Of a DNA stretch of 41,684 nt, positions 25,411 to 34,429 are shown in pieces. The stretch lies in the IMG/VR virus record IMGVR_UViG_3300037313_001331; one strand, written 5' to 3'. Made by a program: the position numbers and the translations under genes. Positions within the stretch are counted from its first letter, which is position 1, and each line of letters starts with the position of its first letter. This DNA comes from a virus. Lineage: Duplodnaviria > Heunggongvirae > Uroviricota > Caudoviricetes. The notes beneath the pieces were generated by a model. The model saw only the letters and a program-made list of their open reading frames with translations, made no database searches and was not told the origin of the DNA.

Positions 25411-28400
25411 TTAGGCTCCCATGAGATTGCGCATGCCATCCCGGAACGGTCCGGGAGCTGCCGCGCCGGCGAGCACCACGTCCAGGATCATTTGCTTGCC
25501 GTCCATGCGCGGCTGACTGTGCTGGGCAGTCACCGGCTGGCCGGTCTGGTTGATGACGTTCACGACCACATTGCCCATGCCACCGCCGCCCTGCAGCGCG
25601 ACCGGGATGCGGCGGCCGTCGGGCAGCGGCACGTAGGCCTCGTTCATGTCGCCTTCGCCGAAGACAGCCATCTGCGGGCTGTTGGCGATGCCGCCGGCGG
25701 CGTACTTCTTCAGCGGCACGGAGCCGAACGAAGACATGATCCCGCCGTCCTTGAAGCCGAAGAACGACATCGCCATCTGACCGACGGAGCCCATGATGTT
25801 GCTCATCGAGTCGGCGAGCGCCTTCTGCATCTGGATCTTCAGCAGGTCGGCCAGGATCTGCTTGACCAGGCCCTTCCACTCGAACTTGCCCGTCTCGACG
25901 GCGTTCACGAAGGCGTCGATGGTGGACTGCGACCAGCGCGCGGTCGCGTCCTGCATCTGCTTGGTCGAGTCCTTCCAGCTGTCGACCAGACGCTCCATCG
26001 GCGTCTTCAGCTTCTGGGCGTTCGCCCGGGTGCGGGCCTCCAGGTTTTCGGACAAGGCCTTCTCCATCCGGTCGATGGTTTCGGCACTCGCGCCGGCGGC
26101 CTTGGCCTCCTCGATGCGGTGGGTCATCCGCGCCTTGAACACGCGGTCGTCGTACTCCAGCTGAGCGCGCATGCGGTCGCGCTCATTCAAGATGAGGTCG
26201 AAGCCCAGCTTGTTGGTCTCGTCGACCATCTGGCGGTAGGGCTCGGCCAGGTCGATGGTCGCGAGCTTGCCGCGCACGCCGCCCAGGTTCTTCACGAACT
26301 GGTCGAACTCCGCCTCGGTCATTTGGAGCGCCGTGCGGATCTCCTGGCGGTTGGCACCCAGCTTGGCGACCATCTTGTCGAAGCCACCCAGCTTCCCGTC
26401 GTTCTTGGCCTCACCCAGGGGGTTGGCGAAGATCTCCTGGGCGTGCTTGAAGTCCTCCTCGATGCCCTTTGCCTGCGTCGAGATCTGCTTGGCGATGCCC
26501 AGTGCCTCCTTCAGGCGCTGGTTGCGCTCCGCCAGCTCCGCGGCCTCCTCCGCTTGGTCGGAGGACATCTTCCGACCGTCCTTGCCCTTCTCGTCGTACA
26601 GGTGCGCCTTGAAGCGCGCGGTGATCTTGGCCGCCTCGCCCATCGCCTTGTCGAGGTCGCCCATGTTCTGCTTGTAGGTTTCAAGCTCGGTCTGCAGCTC
26701 GGCCTGGTCAGCACGCAGGGTCTCCAGCAAACGCTGGGCGGGACTCATACCCTTCTCGGCGCCCGGCAGGATCTGGTTCTTGGCGTTGATCGTCTGGGTG
26801 GTGTGGTTGATCTCGTCGTTGAGAGCCGCCACCTCGGCGCCCAGCGCTTTCACGCGCTGGCGAGCGCCCTCCGCCTCGGGCGAGTTGCCATTCTTGGAGA
26901 TGAACTCCTCCAGCGCCTTGATCGCCCCTTCGCGGGCGGCCAGCTGCTGCCGCAGACCCTTCGTGAAGGTCTCGGCCTGGGCACGGGTCGACTCGTTGAC
27001 CGCGTCCTGGTATTCCTTGCTGTCCTTCTTGAGGTTCTTGACCTTGTCGGCGAGCGCGGCCTTCTGCTTCGTGATTTCGTCGCGCGTGCCCTTGTCGATC
27101 GCGTTGTAGACACGGTCCAGGGCCACGCCGATGGCCTGGGACTCGTCCCGGGCGTTCGACTCGTGCACCGACTGCTTGGCCTTGGAAACCGTGTCCTGGG
27201 CGCGCTTCCACTCGTCCAGGGCCAGCTGCTCGGCCGCGATGTCCTTCTTTCGCTCTTCGGCGGTCTTGTTCCGGATGCCGCGGCCCAGCTTCACGTAGTT
27301 GTCGGCCGTGCGCTTCTTCGCGTCCTCGTACGCCTGGCGGGCGGATTCCTCGTATTCGATGCTGCGCTTCAGGTCGTCGGCGTCGGCCAGCCCCATGCGG
27401 GCGCGCTTGGCGCGCTTGGCCGCGTCTTCAGCCGCGTTGCCCCACTTCGACCAGGCCCAGGCGCCGATGCCCAGCGCAACGGTGACCAGGCCGACCCAGC
27501 CCCCGATGGCGTTGAAGGCGAAGCCCAGGGCCGTCGTGGCGGCCGTCAGGGTGCGAGCGCCCAGGGACGCCACGGCCTGGGTCTTCTCCAGGTTGCGCAG
27601 CGTGCTGTTGGTCGCCTCGATCTTGCCGCCCAGGTTTTCGTGAGCGGTTCGCATCGAGTTGATCGTCTGAATGTTCGCGATCTGCACGTCGCGATTGCGC
27701 ATGTAGGCGGCGTTCTCCTCCGCCAGCTGGCGCTGGAGCTTCGCGCGCTGTGCGTAGGCGGCGTCGAACAACGCGCCACCGCTGGTGGGCGAACCCAGGG
27801 CCCCGGCGCGGTTGATCTGCGCCTGGATGGCCTGCATCCGGGCTGCATGTGCCTCCATCTGCCGCTCGATGCCGGCCAGCATTACCTGGCGTCGCTCAAT
27901 TGCCAGCGCGCGTTCCGCCTGCTCCTGCCGCAGGCCATCCACGACCGACTGGGTCTGCTTGATCGCGGACTGCCGGGCCACCTCCGCGGCATCGTTGGCC
28001 TTCTGCATGGCGCCCTGCCAGCCCACACGTACTTCGCCGATCTGCTTGGACAGCGCGCCCAGAACCGGCATGACCAGTCCCGTGTTGACCTTCATCAGCA
28101 GCCAGGCGCCGGCCAGCGTCGTGATCGCGCCGCCGTAGTCGTGGGCGACCTCGGCGAGGTTGCGCAGCGTGCGCACCGCGGTGCCCAGACCATCCCCGAA
28201 GGCGAGCGCAAAGCGCTTGAATTCGTCGCTCTTGAGCCCGTCGATCAGCTCGCGAACCACCTTCTTCGCTTCGTCAGCGAAGCCCGAGTCGGCGATGAAC
28301 TTGGCCGACAGCTCCCACTCGGTCTTCAGACGCGAGAGCGTGCCGGACCAGGTGTCCATCATCGCGTCGGCCGCGCCCATGTTGTTGATGCGCATGCGCA

Positions 28401-29118
28401 GCAGCATCTTGTCGATGGCCGTGCCGGCGCCCACCGTGCCCTTGGAGACAGCCTTGGTCAGCTCGACCATCGACATCCCCATGGCATCGGCCATGTCCTG
28501 CATTGCCGTGGGCACCGCTTCACCCAGCTGCTGGCGCAGCTCTTCCATGGACACGACGCCCTTGCCGGCCATCTGCTGGATCGCGACGGACGCGCGCTTG
28601 AGCGTTTCGCCCGTGCCGCCGAACTTGGCAGTGGCATCGAGCAGCGCCCGCATGGATCCGTTGGTCGGGTCGATGCCGGCGGTCTTCATCTTCACGAACG
28701 AGTCCGCGATGGCGCCGATCTCGAACGGCACCTGCTTGGCGGTCTCGATGACGTACCGGAAGTTCGCGGCGCCCTCCGCCGCCTTCCCGGCCTCGGAGAG
28801 CTTGGTCGACAGGCCGGTCATGAGCACCTGCAGGCGCTCCAGCTCGCCGGCCGTCTTCAGAATGGAGATCGGCAGCCGCAGGAAGACATCGTTGATGTCC
28901 ATCGCGACAAACCGCAGGTTCCCCATCGTCATCACGAGATGGCGGAACTTCGTGCTGAGGGACTCCTGCGAGTCCTCCAGCTTCTTGACAGACTTCGCCG
29001 TCTTGTCGATGTTGCCCTGGAACTCGCGCAACAGGGCGCCGGCCTCCTTGAAGGTGACCTTCATGTCCTTGTCATCGACCGAGAGGTTGATGACGATGTC
29101 GCCGGCGGAGATGCTCAT
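25411..29118 (-). CDS. Tape measure protein
   Basis: 1235 aa, alpha-helical and Ala-rich. Tape-measure domain (AIQQMAGKGVVSMEELRQQLGEAVP) and C-terminal GEGDMNEAYVPL. Confidence 0.92.
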   Translation of the reverse strand: MSISAGDIVINLSVDDKDMKVTFKEAGALLREFQGNIDKTAKSVKKLEDSQESLSTKFRHLVMTMGNLRFVAMDINDVFLRLPISILKTAGELERLQVLMTGLSTKLSEAGKAAEGAANFRYVIETAKQVPFEIGAIADSFVKMKTAGIDPTNGSMRALLDATAKFGGTGETLKRASVAIQQMAGKGVVSMEELRQQLGEAVPTAMQDMADAMGMSMVELTKAVSKGTVGAGTAIDKMLLRMRINNMGAADAMMDTWSGTLSRLKTEWELSAKFIADSGFADEAKKVVRELIDGLKSDEFKRFALAFGDGLGTAVRTLRNLAEVAHDYGGAITTLAGAWLLMKVNTGLVMPVLGALSKQIGEVRVGWQGAMQKANDAAEVARQSAIKQTQSVVDGLRQEQAERALAIERRQVMLAGIERQMEAHAARMQAIQAQINRAGALGSPTSGGALFDAAYAQRAKLQRQLAEENAAYMRNRDVQIANIQTINSMRTAHENLGGKIEATNSTLRNLEKTQAVASLGARTLTAATTALGFAFNAIGGWVGLVTVALGIGAWAWSKWGNAAEDAAKRAKRARMGLADADDLKRSIEYEESARQAYEDAKKRTADNYVKLGRGIRNKTAEERKKDIAAEQLALDEWKRAQDTVSKAKQSVHESNARDESQAIGVALDRVYNAIDKGTRDEITKQKAALADKVKNLKKDSKEYQDAVNESTRAQAETFTKGLRQQLAAREGAIKALEEFISKNGNSPEAEGARQRVKALGAEVAALNDEINHTTQTINAKNQILPGAEKGMSPAQRLLETLRADQAELQTELETYKQNMGDLDKAMGEAAKITARFKAHLYDEKGKDGRKMSSDQAEEAAELAERNQRLKEALGIAKQISTQAKGIEEDFKHAQEIFANPLGEAKNDGKLGGFDKMVAKLGANRQEIRTALQMTEAEFDQFVKNLGGVRGKLATIDLAEPYRQMVDETNKLGFDLILNERDRMRAQLEYDDRVFKARMTHRIEEAKAAGASAETIDRMEKALSENLEARTRANAQKLKTPMERLVDSWKDSTKQMQDATARWSQSTIDAFVNAVETGKFEWKGLVKQILADLLKIQMQKALADSMSNIMGSVGQMAMSFFGFKDGGIMSSFGSVPLKKYAAGGIANSPQMAVFGEGDMNEAYVPLPDGRRIPVALQGGGGMGNVVVNVINQTGQPVTAQHSQPRMDGKQMILDVVLAGAAAPGPFRDGMRNLMGA

Positions 29119-29148
29119 TGGGCCTTGTTCTTTTTGTTGTCGGCGCCC

Positions 29149-29421
29149 CTACATGGCTCGAAGTTCGTTGAACCCTGCCTCGTCACGCTGCGATGTCATC
29201 TGAACAATCGCGTGGCCACTCAGCTTGATCGGCTGGGGGCTCAGCTTGGCGAGCGCCTCGTGCAGTTGCGTCGAGGCCGCTGGGTCCTGTGCGGAGGTGA
29301 ACAGCTCCAGAAGCTCCTTCTGTTCATCTGCGAGCAGCCGGGGGATGCTGCCCTGCAGGTGCCAGAAGACCTTCATCGGCAACCCCATCACCTGGTCGTA
29401 CGTCATGCGGAAGATCCGCAT
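29149..29421 (-). CDS. Tail assembly chaperone, C-terminal (T-like) part, probably reached by -1 frameshift
   Basis: The frame is open upstream to the slippery heptamer (AGLIEEVDFGYLVARV before MRIFRM). Confidence 0.72.
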   Translation of the reverse strand: MRIFRMTYDQVMGLPMKVFWHLQGSIPRLLADEQKELLELFTSAQDPAASTQLHEALAKLSPQPIKLSGHAIVQMTSQRDEAGFNELRAM

Positions 29422-29459
29422 GACCCGGGCAACGAGGTAGCCGAAGTCAACCTCCTCGA

Positions 29460-29801
29460 TCAGTCCGGCTTTTTTGCGGCGGGGCCCTCCGCGTTGGGAT
29501 CTGCTTCGGTTGCCTTCTCGTCCAGCTCGCCGCGCACGAACTGCAGCATTGCGCCGATTGCCTCGACGGGCAGCTGACGCAGAGCGTCTTCGCCGACGGT
29601 CGGCAGTGACTGGCTCAGGGACTTGATCGCGAGGCCCAGCTGGTCGCCGAACTTGGCGTCCTTGTTGGCCTCCAGCTGCTCGGCAGCGTGCACGTTCTCG
29701 ATGAACTGGTCGACGGTCAGCTCCTGGACGACGTGGTCCTTGCCGCCAAGAGTGATCGAGCGCTTGGGCTTCACCAGGGCGTCGATGTTCAGAATCTTCA
29801 T
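29460..29801 (-). CDS. Tail assembly chaperone (G-like)
   Basis: 113 aa between the tail tube and tape measure genes, ending in a slippery site. Confidence 0.78.
   Translation of the reverse strand: MKILNIDALVKPKRSITLGGKDHVVQELTVDQFIENVHAAEQLEANKDAKFGDQLGLAIKSLSQSLPTVGEDALRQLPVEAIGAMLQFVRGELDEKATEADPNAEGPAAKKPD
29469..29475 (-). other. Programmed -1 ribosomal frameshift heptamer A-AAA-AAG
   Basis: GCA AAA AAG CCG GAC TGA in the 0 frame. The -1 frame continues without a stop into 29149-29421. Confidence 0.82.
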
Positions 29802-29821
29802 GGGTCTCCTCCTGTGGAAAC

Positions 29822-29837
29822 GGGGCTCTGCGGCCCC
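29822..29837 (-). terminator. Weak hairpin GGGGC-CGCAGA-GCCCC followed by GTTT, after the tail tube gene
   Basis: 5-bp GC stem with a short U tract. Confidence 0.35.
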
Positions 29838-29852
29838 ATGGTTGTAGAAACG

Positions 29853-29870
29853 TGGGTCAGTGATGACCCA
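29853..29870. promoter_or_regulatory. 18-bp palindromic motif, copy 8 (TGGGTCAG-TG-ATGACCCA)
   Basis: Intergenic. Extends to the perfect 10-bp IR ACGTGGGTCA-N4-TGACCCACGT (29850-29873). Confidence 0.75.
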
Positions 29871-29879
29871 CGTCCCAGG

Positions 29880-30737
29880 TTAGACGGCCAGCGGATCGCC
29901 GACCGAGAACAGCTTCTGAGTCACGGGGTCCGGGTAGGCCATGAACTCGACGTTGAACACGCGCTCGGCATCCAGCTTGTAGGCAAACTGCAGGGCGCCC
30001 GGAGTCGCGGTCTTGTGAACCACGAAGTCATCCGAGTAGTCGGTGTCGGCCTTGGCCACGGGGTGCAGGCGCAGCTGCTTGGCGATGGCCAGCATGTCCG
30101 TGCCCGTGCCCACCACCACGTCCACGCGAGCGCGCGTCTCAGCGACGCCACCGGTGAAATTGGCGCCCGAGGCGGTGGCATTGGAGGTGCCGCCGGCCGC
30201 GAGGGTGAAGGCATTGCCGGCCGTGCCGGGGTCACCGCACTTGACGGTCGTCACGGTGGCAGTGGACGAGGCCAGCACACCACCGGCGGCCACTTGCAGC
30301 GGCGACAGGTTGATGGCCGCGGCCAGGTTCTGCAGGGTGTCGGCCAGCGTGGCGCCGATCTTCACCTCGTAGATCGAGGTTGGGTTCGTGGTCTTGAACG
30401 TGAACGCCTGGCCCGCCACCGTCACCGTCGCATTCGCGGACGGCTGGGCGGTGAACGTCAGCGTGCCTGAGGCTTGCACGCCGTCGGTCACGAGCGTCGC
30501 ACCGGGCATGATGTTCACGAGGTTGCGCAGCGTGGTTTCGGCCATCGGCACCTTCACGTTGCAGGTACGGCCTTCGATGAACTCATTGATCGGCGTCTTG
30601 CCGAACTGGTCCACCTCGGTCTTGTGCGTCGACGTGGTCACCTGCACTTCGACGCCACCCTGGGTGAGGCCCAGGTCCTGGCTGTCGAAGTACACGCGGC
30701 ACACGCCGAGCTTCACGTTTTTGGTACTGGAAGTCAT
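29880..30737 (-). CDS. Major tail (tube) protein with internal inserted domain
   Basis: KNVKLGVCRVYFDSQDLGLTQGGVEVQV...VDQFG N-terminus and RVFNVEFMAYPD C-terminus. Confidence 0.85.
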   Translation of the reverse strand: MTSSTKNVKLGVCRVYFDSQDLGLTQGGVEVQVTTSTHKTEVDQFGKTPINEFIEGRTCNVKVPMAETTLRNLVNIMPGATLVTDGVQASGTLTFTAQPSANATVTVAGQAFTFKTTNPTSIYEVKIGATLADTLQNLAAAINLSPLQVAAGGVLASSTATVTTVKCGDPGTAGNAFTLAAGGTSNATASGANFTGGVAETRARVDVVVGTGTDMLAIAKQLRLHPVAKADTDYSDDFVVHKTATPGALQFAYKLDAERVFNVEFMAYPDPVTQKLFSVGDPLAV

Positions 30738-30768
30738 CCCTTCTCCTTGTTCTTTTTCTGTGGGAGAG

Positions 30769-30786
30769 TCAGTCAGTGGTGACTGA
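30769..30786. promoter_or_regulatory. 18-bp palindromic motif, copy 9 (TCAGTCAG-TG-GTGACTGA)
   Basis: Intergenic, upstream of the tail tube gene. Confidence 0.85.
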
Positions 30787-30823
30787 TTCTATTTGCGCGG
30801 CACCAGCCTTGGCAAGCAGACAC

Positions 30824-31201
30824 TCACGTGTTGACGTAGTAGATGTCGAACTCCACCTCCGATTCCCAATACCCGCCCACCGAGCGCCGGTAGTTCGTCG
30901 GTTCGGTCTGGGGCAGCAGCTGCTTGACCAGAATTCCGGACAATTGCTGCTCCTGGCGCATGGTCAGCGCCTGGGACGCGTCGCGCGCCAGCTGCTCGCC
31001 GGCGACGATGTCGGTGTGCCGGGCAACCAGGCGAAACGCAGCGGTGATGTAGCCCGGCAGGTAGTGGTCGATGGGTGCGCCCGGACCGATCAGCAGGATG
31101 CCCTGCCGGCAGTCAGCGGGCATCTCGTGCACGAACAGCGAGGTGCCCTGGACACCCAGGCCCTGCGCCTGCAGGTATGTCGCGATTGCCTTCAGATTCA
31201 C
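30824..31201 (-). CDS. Tail terminator / neck protein
   Basis: 125 aa. Position just before the tail tube gene. Confidence 0.65.
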   Translation of the reverse strand: MNLKAIATYLQAQGLGVQGTSLFVHEMPADCRQGILLIGPGAPIDHYLPGYITAAFRLVARHTDIVAGEQLARDASQALTMRQEQQLSGILVKQLLPQTEPTNYRRSVGGYWESEVEFDIYYVNT

Positions 31202-31716
31202 TCTTCCACCTCGATTCGTTGGGTGCTCATGGGAATGGAGCGACTGCTGTTGGTGACCCGGCGTACCTCTGCTGCCATGTCGCCCAAAAGCCCCTTGACG
31301 CCCTCCTTCACCGCCCGCGACAAGAACCGGCCGCCGACCTTCTTGCCGCTGGCGGCCTTGGCCGCGGAGCCCGGCCCCAGGCGGTAGTAGCGCTTCCCGC
31401 TCTTCGCGCGGCCGTAGGGATGCAGCTCCTCCTCCATGACGAAGGCGTAGTCGCCGACGACGCCCTCCCCGCTCTGCCGGACCATGTCCAGGTCGATGAA
31501 GACGACGTAGGAATTGCGGCCGTTGACCTTCAGAGTCTCGTAGTCGATGGACTTTTCGAGCTGCCCCGTCTTGACCGGCGCGTACTCACGCGCCAGGTCG
31601 CGGATCTTCATCGCGGTCCGGCGCATGCGCTCGCTCATGCCCTTGACGGCCCGCTCGCCGATCTGCTGCAGGTTGACCTCCAGCTGGCCGGGGTTGAATT
31701 TGACCTCCAGCGGCAT
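31198..31716 (-). CDS. Tail completion protein (HK97 gp10-like)
   Basis: AREYAPVKTGQLEKSI and GGRFLSRAV motifs. Confidence 0.75.
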   Translation of the reverse strand: MPLEVKFNPGQLEVNLQQIGERAVKGMSERMRRTAMKIRDLAREYAPVKTGQLEKSIDYETLKVNGRNSYVVFIDLDMVRQSGEGVVGDYAFVMEEELHPYGRAKSGKRYYRLGPGSAAKAASGKKVGGRFLSRAVKEGVKGLLGDMAAEVRRVTNSSRSIPMSTQRIEVEE

Positions 31717-31719
31717 GCG

Positions 31720-32058
31720 TCACACCCACGCTTCGCAGTGAATCTGGTTGTGGTCGAGCTTGCCCGCCACCGTGAACCGCGGATGCACCTTCACGACGCG
31801 CACCTTGTGCCCGAGCACGACCAGCATGTCGTCCAGGGCGATCTGCGTGGCGGCGACGGCCAGCAACACCACGTCGGCCACCGTCTCCTGGGCATGCCCG
31901 TGACTGGCGGCAGAGTCAGTGCGCACCGTGGTGTGCTGGTTGGAGAACTCCAGGCGGACCGGGGCAACCTTCTCGCCGCGGACCTTCGTCTGCACGGGTT
32001 GACCGTACACGTCGCTGCCAGTGCGCTTCCACACCTCGACTTCGAGGGTCGGAGTCAT
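31720..32058 (-). CDS. Head closure / head-tail joining protein
   Basis: 112 aa with DVYGQP motif, located in the neck module. Confidence 0.65.
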   Translation of the reverse strand: MTPTLEVEVWKRTGSDVYGQPVQTKVRGEKVAPVRLEFSNQHTTVRTDSAASHGHAQETVADVVLLAVAATQIALDDMLVVLGHKVRVVKVHPRFTVAGKLDHNQIHCEAWV

Positions 32059-32060
32059 CC

Positions 32061-32873
32061 TTACCCCCTGTGGATTCGAGCCGTGAAGCGGACCCAGCGC
32101 TGCACTTCCTTCAGCGTGCGCTGGCTCACCCCCAGGTCCAGGGGCACGCTCTGGCGATAGAACTCGCTGGACTCGCCCACCGTCTTGGAGATCAGCGTTC
32201 GGTTGGTGCCGCCACCGCCCTCGTCGCCAGCCAGGATCGTGTCGGCCTCCAGCAGCTGTGCGCGCTTGAGCGCGGCCAGCATGGGCTGGTACAGGTTCGA
32301 GAGCTGCGAGGGCGTCAGGTAGCGCAGCCCGATGGGGCCGTACCGCCCTGCGAACTCGCCATCGACCTGCAGAATGCTCTGGGTGTCATCGAACTGCAGC
32401 GCGATGGGCAGCAGCATGATTCGGGTGTAGGCCTGAATCAGGGCCTTCTCACGGTCCTCTCGACGGGACTTCGTGTACCAGCCGGGAATCGTGTCGTCGA
32501 CGAAATCCTCCGCCAGCAACAGCGCCTGGCTGTAGGTCTGGAACGAGTTGACGCCGAACGTCATGCCGGAGGCCGCACTCAGCATGACCGACTCGGACAG
32601 CAGGTAGGTGCCGCCGGCAGCCGTGACCTCCAGAAAGACTGTCCGGATGCCGCGGGTCGCCGGCGGCGTGAGGATGTTCAGCGCGCCCAGGACCGTGACG
32701 GTCACCTGGGATTGCGCCGGCACCTGGACCGTCACTGGGGTCCACGGCTGCAGTTCGGTCTCTGCTTCGTCGACGACGCGGAATCGAAGCGCCGTGGGCA
32801 CGAGAACCGCGCCCGCCTCGTCGACCAGGACGAAGTTGACATTGGCCGGCTGGCCGGGCACGAAGTTCTGCAT
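32061..32873 (-). CDS. Head-tail adaptor protein
   Basis: NSFQTY, ALIQAY, AQLLEA and SKTVGESS connector-type motifs. Confidence 0.65.
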   Translation of the reverse strand: MQNFVPGQPANVNFVLVDEAGAVLVPTALRFRVVDEAETELQPWTPVTVQVPAQSQVTVTVLGALNILTPPATRGIRTVFLEVTAAGGTYLLSESVMLSAASGMTFGVNSFQTYSQALLLAEDFVDDTIPGWYTKSRREDREKALIQAYTRIMLLPIALQFDDTQSILQVDGEFAGRYGPIGLRYLTPSQLSNLYQPMLAALKRAQLLEADTILAGDEGGGGTNRTLISKTVGESSEFYRQSVPLDLGVSQRTLKEVQRWVRFTARIHRG

Positions 32874-32882
32874 GGCCGCTCC

Positions 32883-33404
32883 TTACTGGGCAGCGGGCTC
32901 GCCGGTGCCAGGGTCAGCCGCGGGTGCGCCCTGGGCTTGCTCAGCTGCAGCCTTGGCCGCAGCTTCGCTCTCGGCGACCAGCTTCGCGTCAGCTGCCACC
33001 TTGGCGGCCTCGGCCTGCTTTGTCAGGATCTGGCCGATCAGCTCAGCGATGGACGTGCCACGCAAGCCGCGCGGGCCCGAGATGGCGCGAATCGCCTTGA
33101 TGCCGCCTTTGTCAGCCTCGGCAGCCAGTTCGTCAGCGGTCCAGACCTTCTCGTCGGCCACCACTTGTACTTGAGCGGCCGTGACCACGGTCTCCACCGG
33201 AGCGGGCTTGTTCTGCGAGTCCAGAATCAGCTGTGCCACCGACGGGTTGGAGTTGTCGGCGACGTTCTCGATGGCCACCAGCGCCGCCAGCTGGGCGGCG
33301 TCGGCCTTGCTCAGCTCATCGACGGACACGCCATCCTCGAACTCGTGGCAGCCGAACAGGCCGGTGTAGCCGGCCCACCCAGGCTCGACGATCTTGATCT
33401 TCAT
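32883..33404 (-). CDS. Conserved phage protein downstream of the capsid gene
   Basis: 173 aa with good RBS. GYTGLFG.HEFEDGVS and GGIKAIRAI motifs. Confidence 0.65.
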   Translation of the reverse strand: MKIKIVEPGWAGYTGLFGCHEFEDGVSVDELSKADAAQLAALVAIENVADNSNPSVAQLILDSQNKPAPVETVVTAAQVQVVADEKVWTADELAAEADKGGIKAIRAISGPRGLRGTSIAELIGQILTKQAEAAKVAADAKLVAESEAAAKAAAEQAQGAPAADPGTGEPAAQ

Positions 33405-33429
33405 GCTTTGCGTTCCTCTCTGTTCATGG

Positions 33430-33456
33430 AAAAACAGGGGCGTGGCGCCCCTGTTT
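33430..33456 (-). terminator. Intrinsic terminator after the major capsid gene
   Basis: AAACAGGGGCG-CCA-CGCCCCTGTTT 11-bp stem ending in a T5 run. Confidence 0.8.
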
Positions 33457-33457
33457 G

Positions 33458-33475
33458 TTAGTCACCACTGACCCA
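33458..33475. promoter_or_regulatory. 18-bp palindromic motif, copy 10 (TTAGTCAC-CA-CTGACCCA)
   Basis: Sits between the capsid stop codon and the terminator. Confidence 0.75.
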
Positions 33476-33480
33476 CACTT

Positions 33481-34383
33481 TTAGATGTTGGTCACACCCG
33501 ACAGGCGAGCCATGGACTTCGTGCTCTTCAGGGCCAGGCCGCAGTACCACTTCAGGCGGGTGCGGACCGCGTCCTTGTTCTGCACGGTGCCCACGGCTTC
33601 GACACGAATGCCGGCAGCGGAACCGCCGTACAGGCCATGCAGACCGTCCAGCTCGTTCGCGCGGACCGCGTACACGGAGCACAGGTTGGTACCGGTGCCC
33701 AGCGTCTCGTTGGCCGGCAGGTAGTCGTTGATGATGATGGGCACGCCGTTGTGGGCGAGAACCGGCACGTCGAAGTTCGGGTGCTGGATCATCGCGCCGG
33801 TGTTGCCACCGGCAGCGCGGAGCAGCGCCCAGTACGCCCGGCGGGTGCCAGAGCGCATCATCAGGAAGTCCGGCTTGTTGGGCACCTGGTCGACCAGCTG
33901 GTCGAGCAGGCTCAGCGTGAGCGCACCGCCGTTGGTGGCCACCGGGATCGTCTGGGCGCCGGTCGTGAGCACCTTGATGCCGTCGAACTCCTTGGTGTTC
34001 ACCGAGTTGTCGCCAGTGGCAACCGAGGCTTGGAACTGGCGACCCATGGCCTTCGCCTTGAGGGCGATCTGGGTGGCCAGCTGGTCCTCGGTGTCCGACA
34101 TCGTCTCGGCGAGGAACTTGTCCACGTCCACGTCACCGATCAGGATGCGCAGCTTGGTCACCACTTCGGTGAACGTACCAGCGTCCTCGGTCACCGTGTC
34201 GTTCGGGTCCAGGTAGGACACGGTCGGCAGAGCGTTCTCGCGCTTGTAGAGGTAGGCCTTGCCCGACACCTTCTCGAACGGAAGCAGCGAGAACATCTCG
34301 TTCACGGTGATGATTTCTTCGACGATGCCTTGAACGACATCGTTTTGCGACAGCTTTTCAGCTTCGACTTTCAGCAGCGGCAT
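33481..34383 (-). CDS. Major capsid protein
   Basis: 300 aa. MPLLKVEAEKLS, GDVDVDKFL, EFDG and RTRLKWYCGLALKST resemble the SSU5-type capsid from recall. Follows the scaffold gene. Confidence 0.9.
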   Translation of the reverse strand: MPLLKVEAEKLSQNDVVQGIVEEIITVNEMFSLLPFEKVSGKAYLYKRENALPTVSYLDPNDTVTEDAGTFTEVVTKLRILIGDVDVDKFLAETMSDTEDQLATQIALKAKAMGRQFQASVATGDNSVNTKEFDGIKVLTTGAQTIPVATNGGALTLSLLDQLVDQVPNKPDFLMMRSGTRRAYWALLRAAGGNTGAMIQHPNFDVPVLAHNGVPIIINDYLPANETLGTGTNLCSVYAVRANELDGLHGLYGGSAAGIRVEAVGTVQNKDAVRTRLKWYCGLALKSTKSMARLSGVTNI

Positions 34384-34409
34384 CTTTTTCTCCTTATTGT
34401 CTGCCTGCG

Positions 34410-34427
34410 TGTGTCAGTACTGACTGA
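34410..34427. promoter_or_regulatory. 18-bp palindromic motif, copy 11 (TGTGTCAG-TA-CTGACTGA)
   Basis: Intergenic between the scaffold and capsid genes. Confidence 0.85.
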
Positions 34428-34429
34428 GT

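Noticed and set aside
25279-29577. 1432-aa plus-strand ORF, and similar long antisense ORFs at 101-1351, 2527-3918, 4373-5821, 8571-10097, 12605-14533, 17966-19777 and 21134-22546
   Set aside because: These are shadow frames of well-supported minus-strand genes. High-GC codon bias suppresses antisense stops, and none has recognisable motifs.
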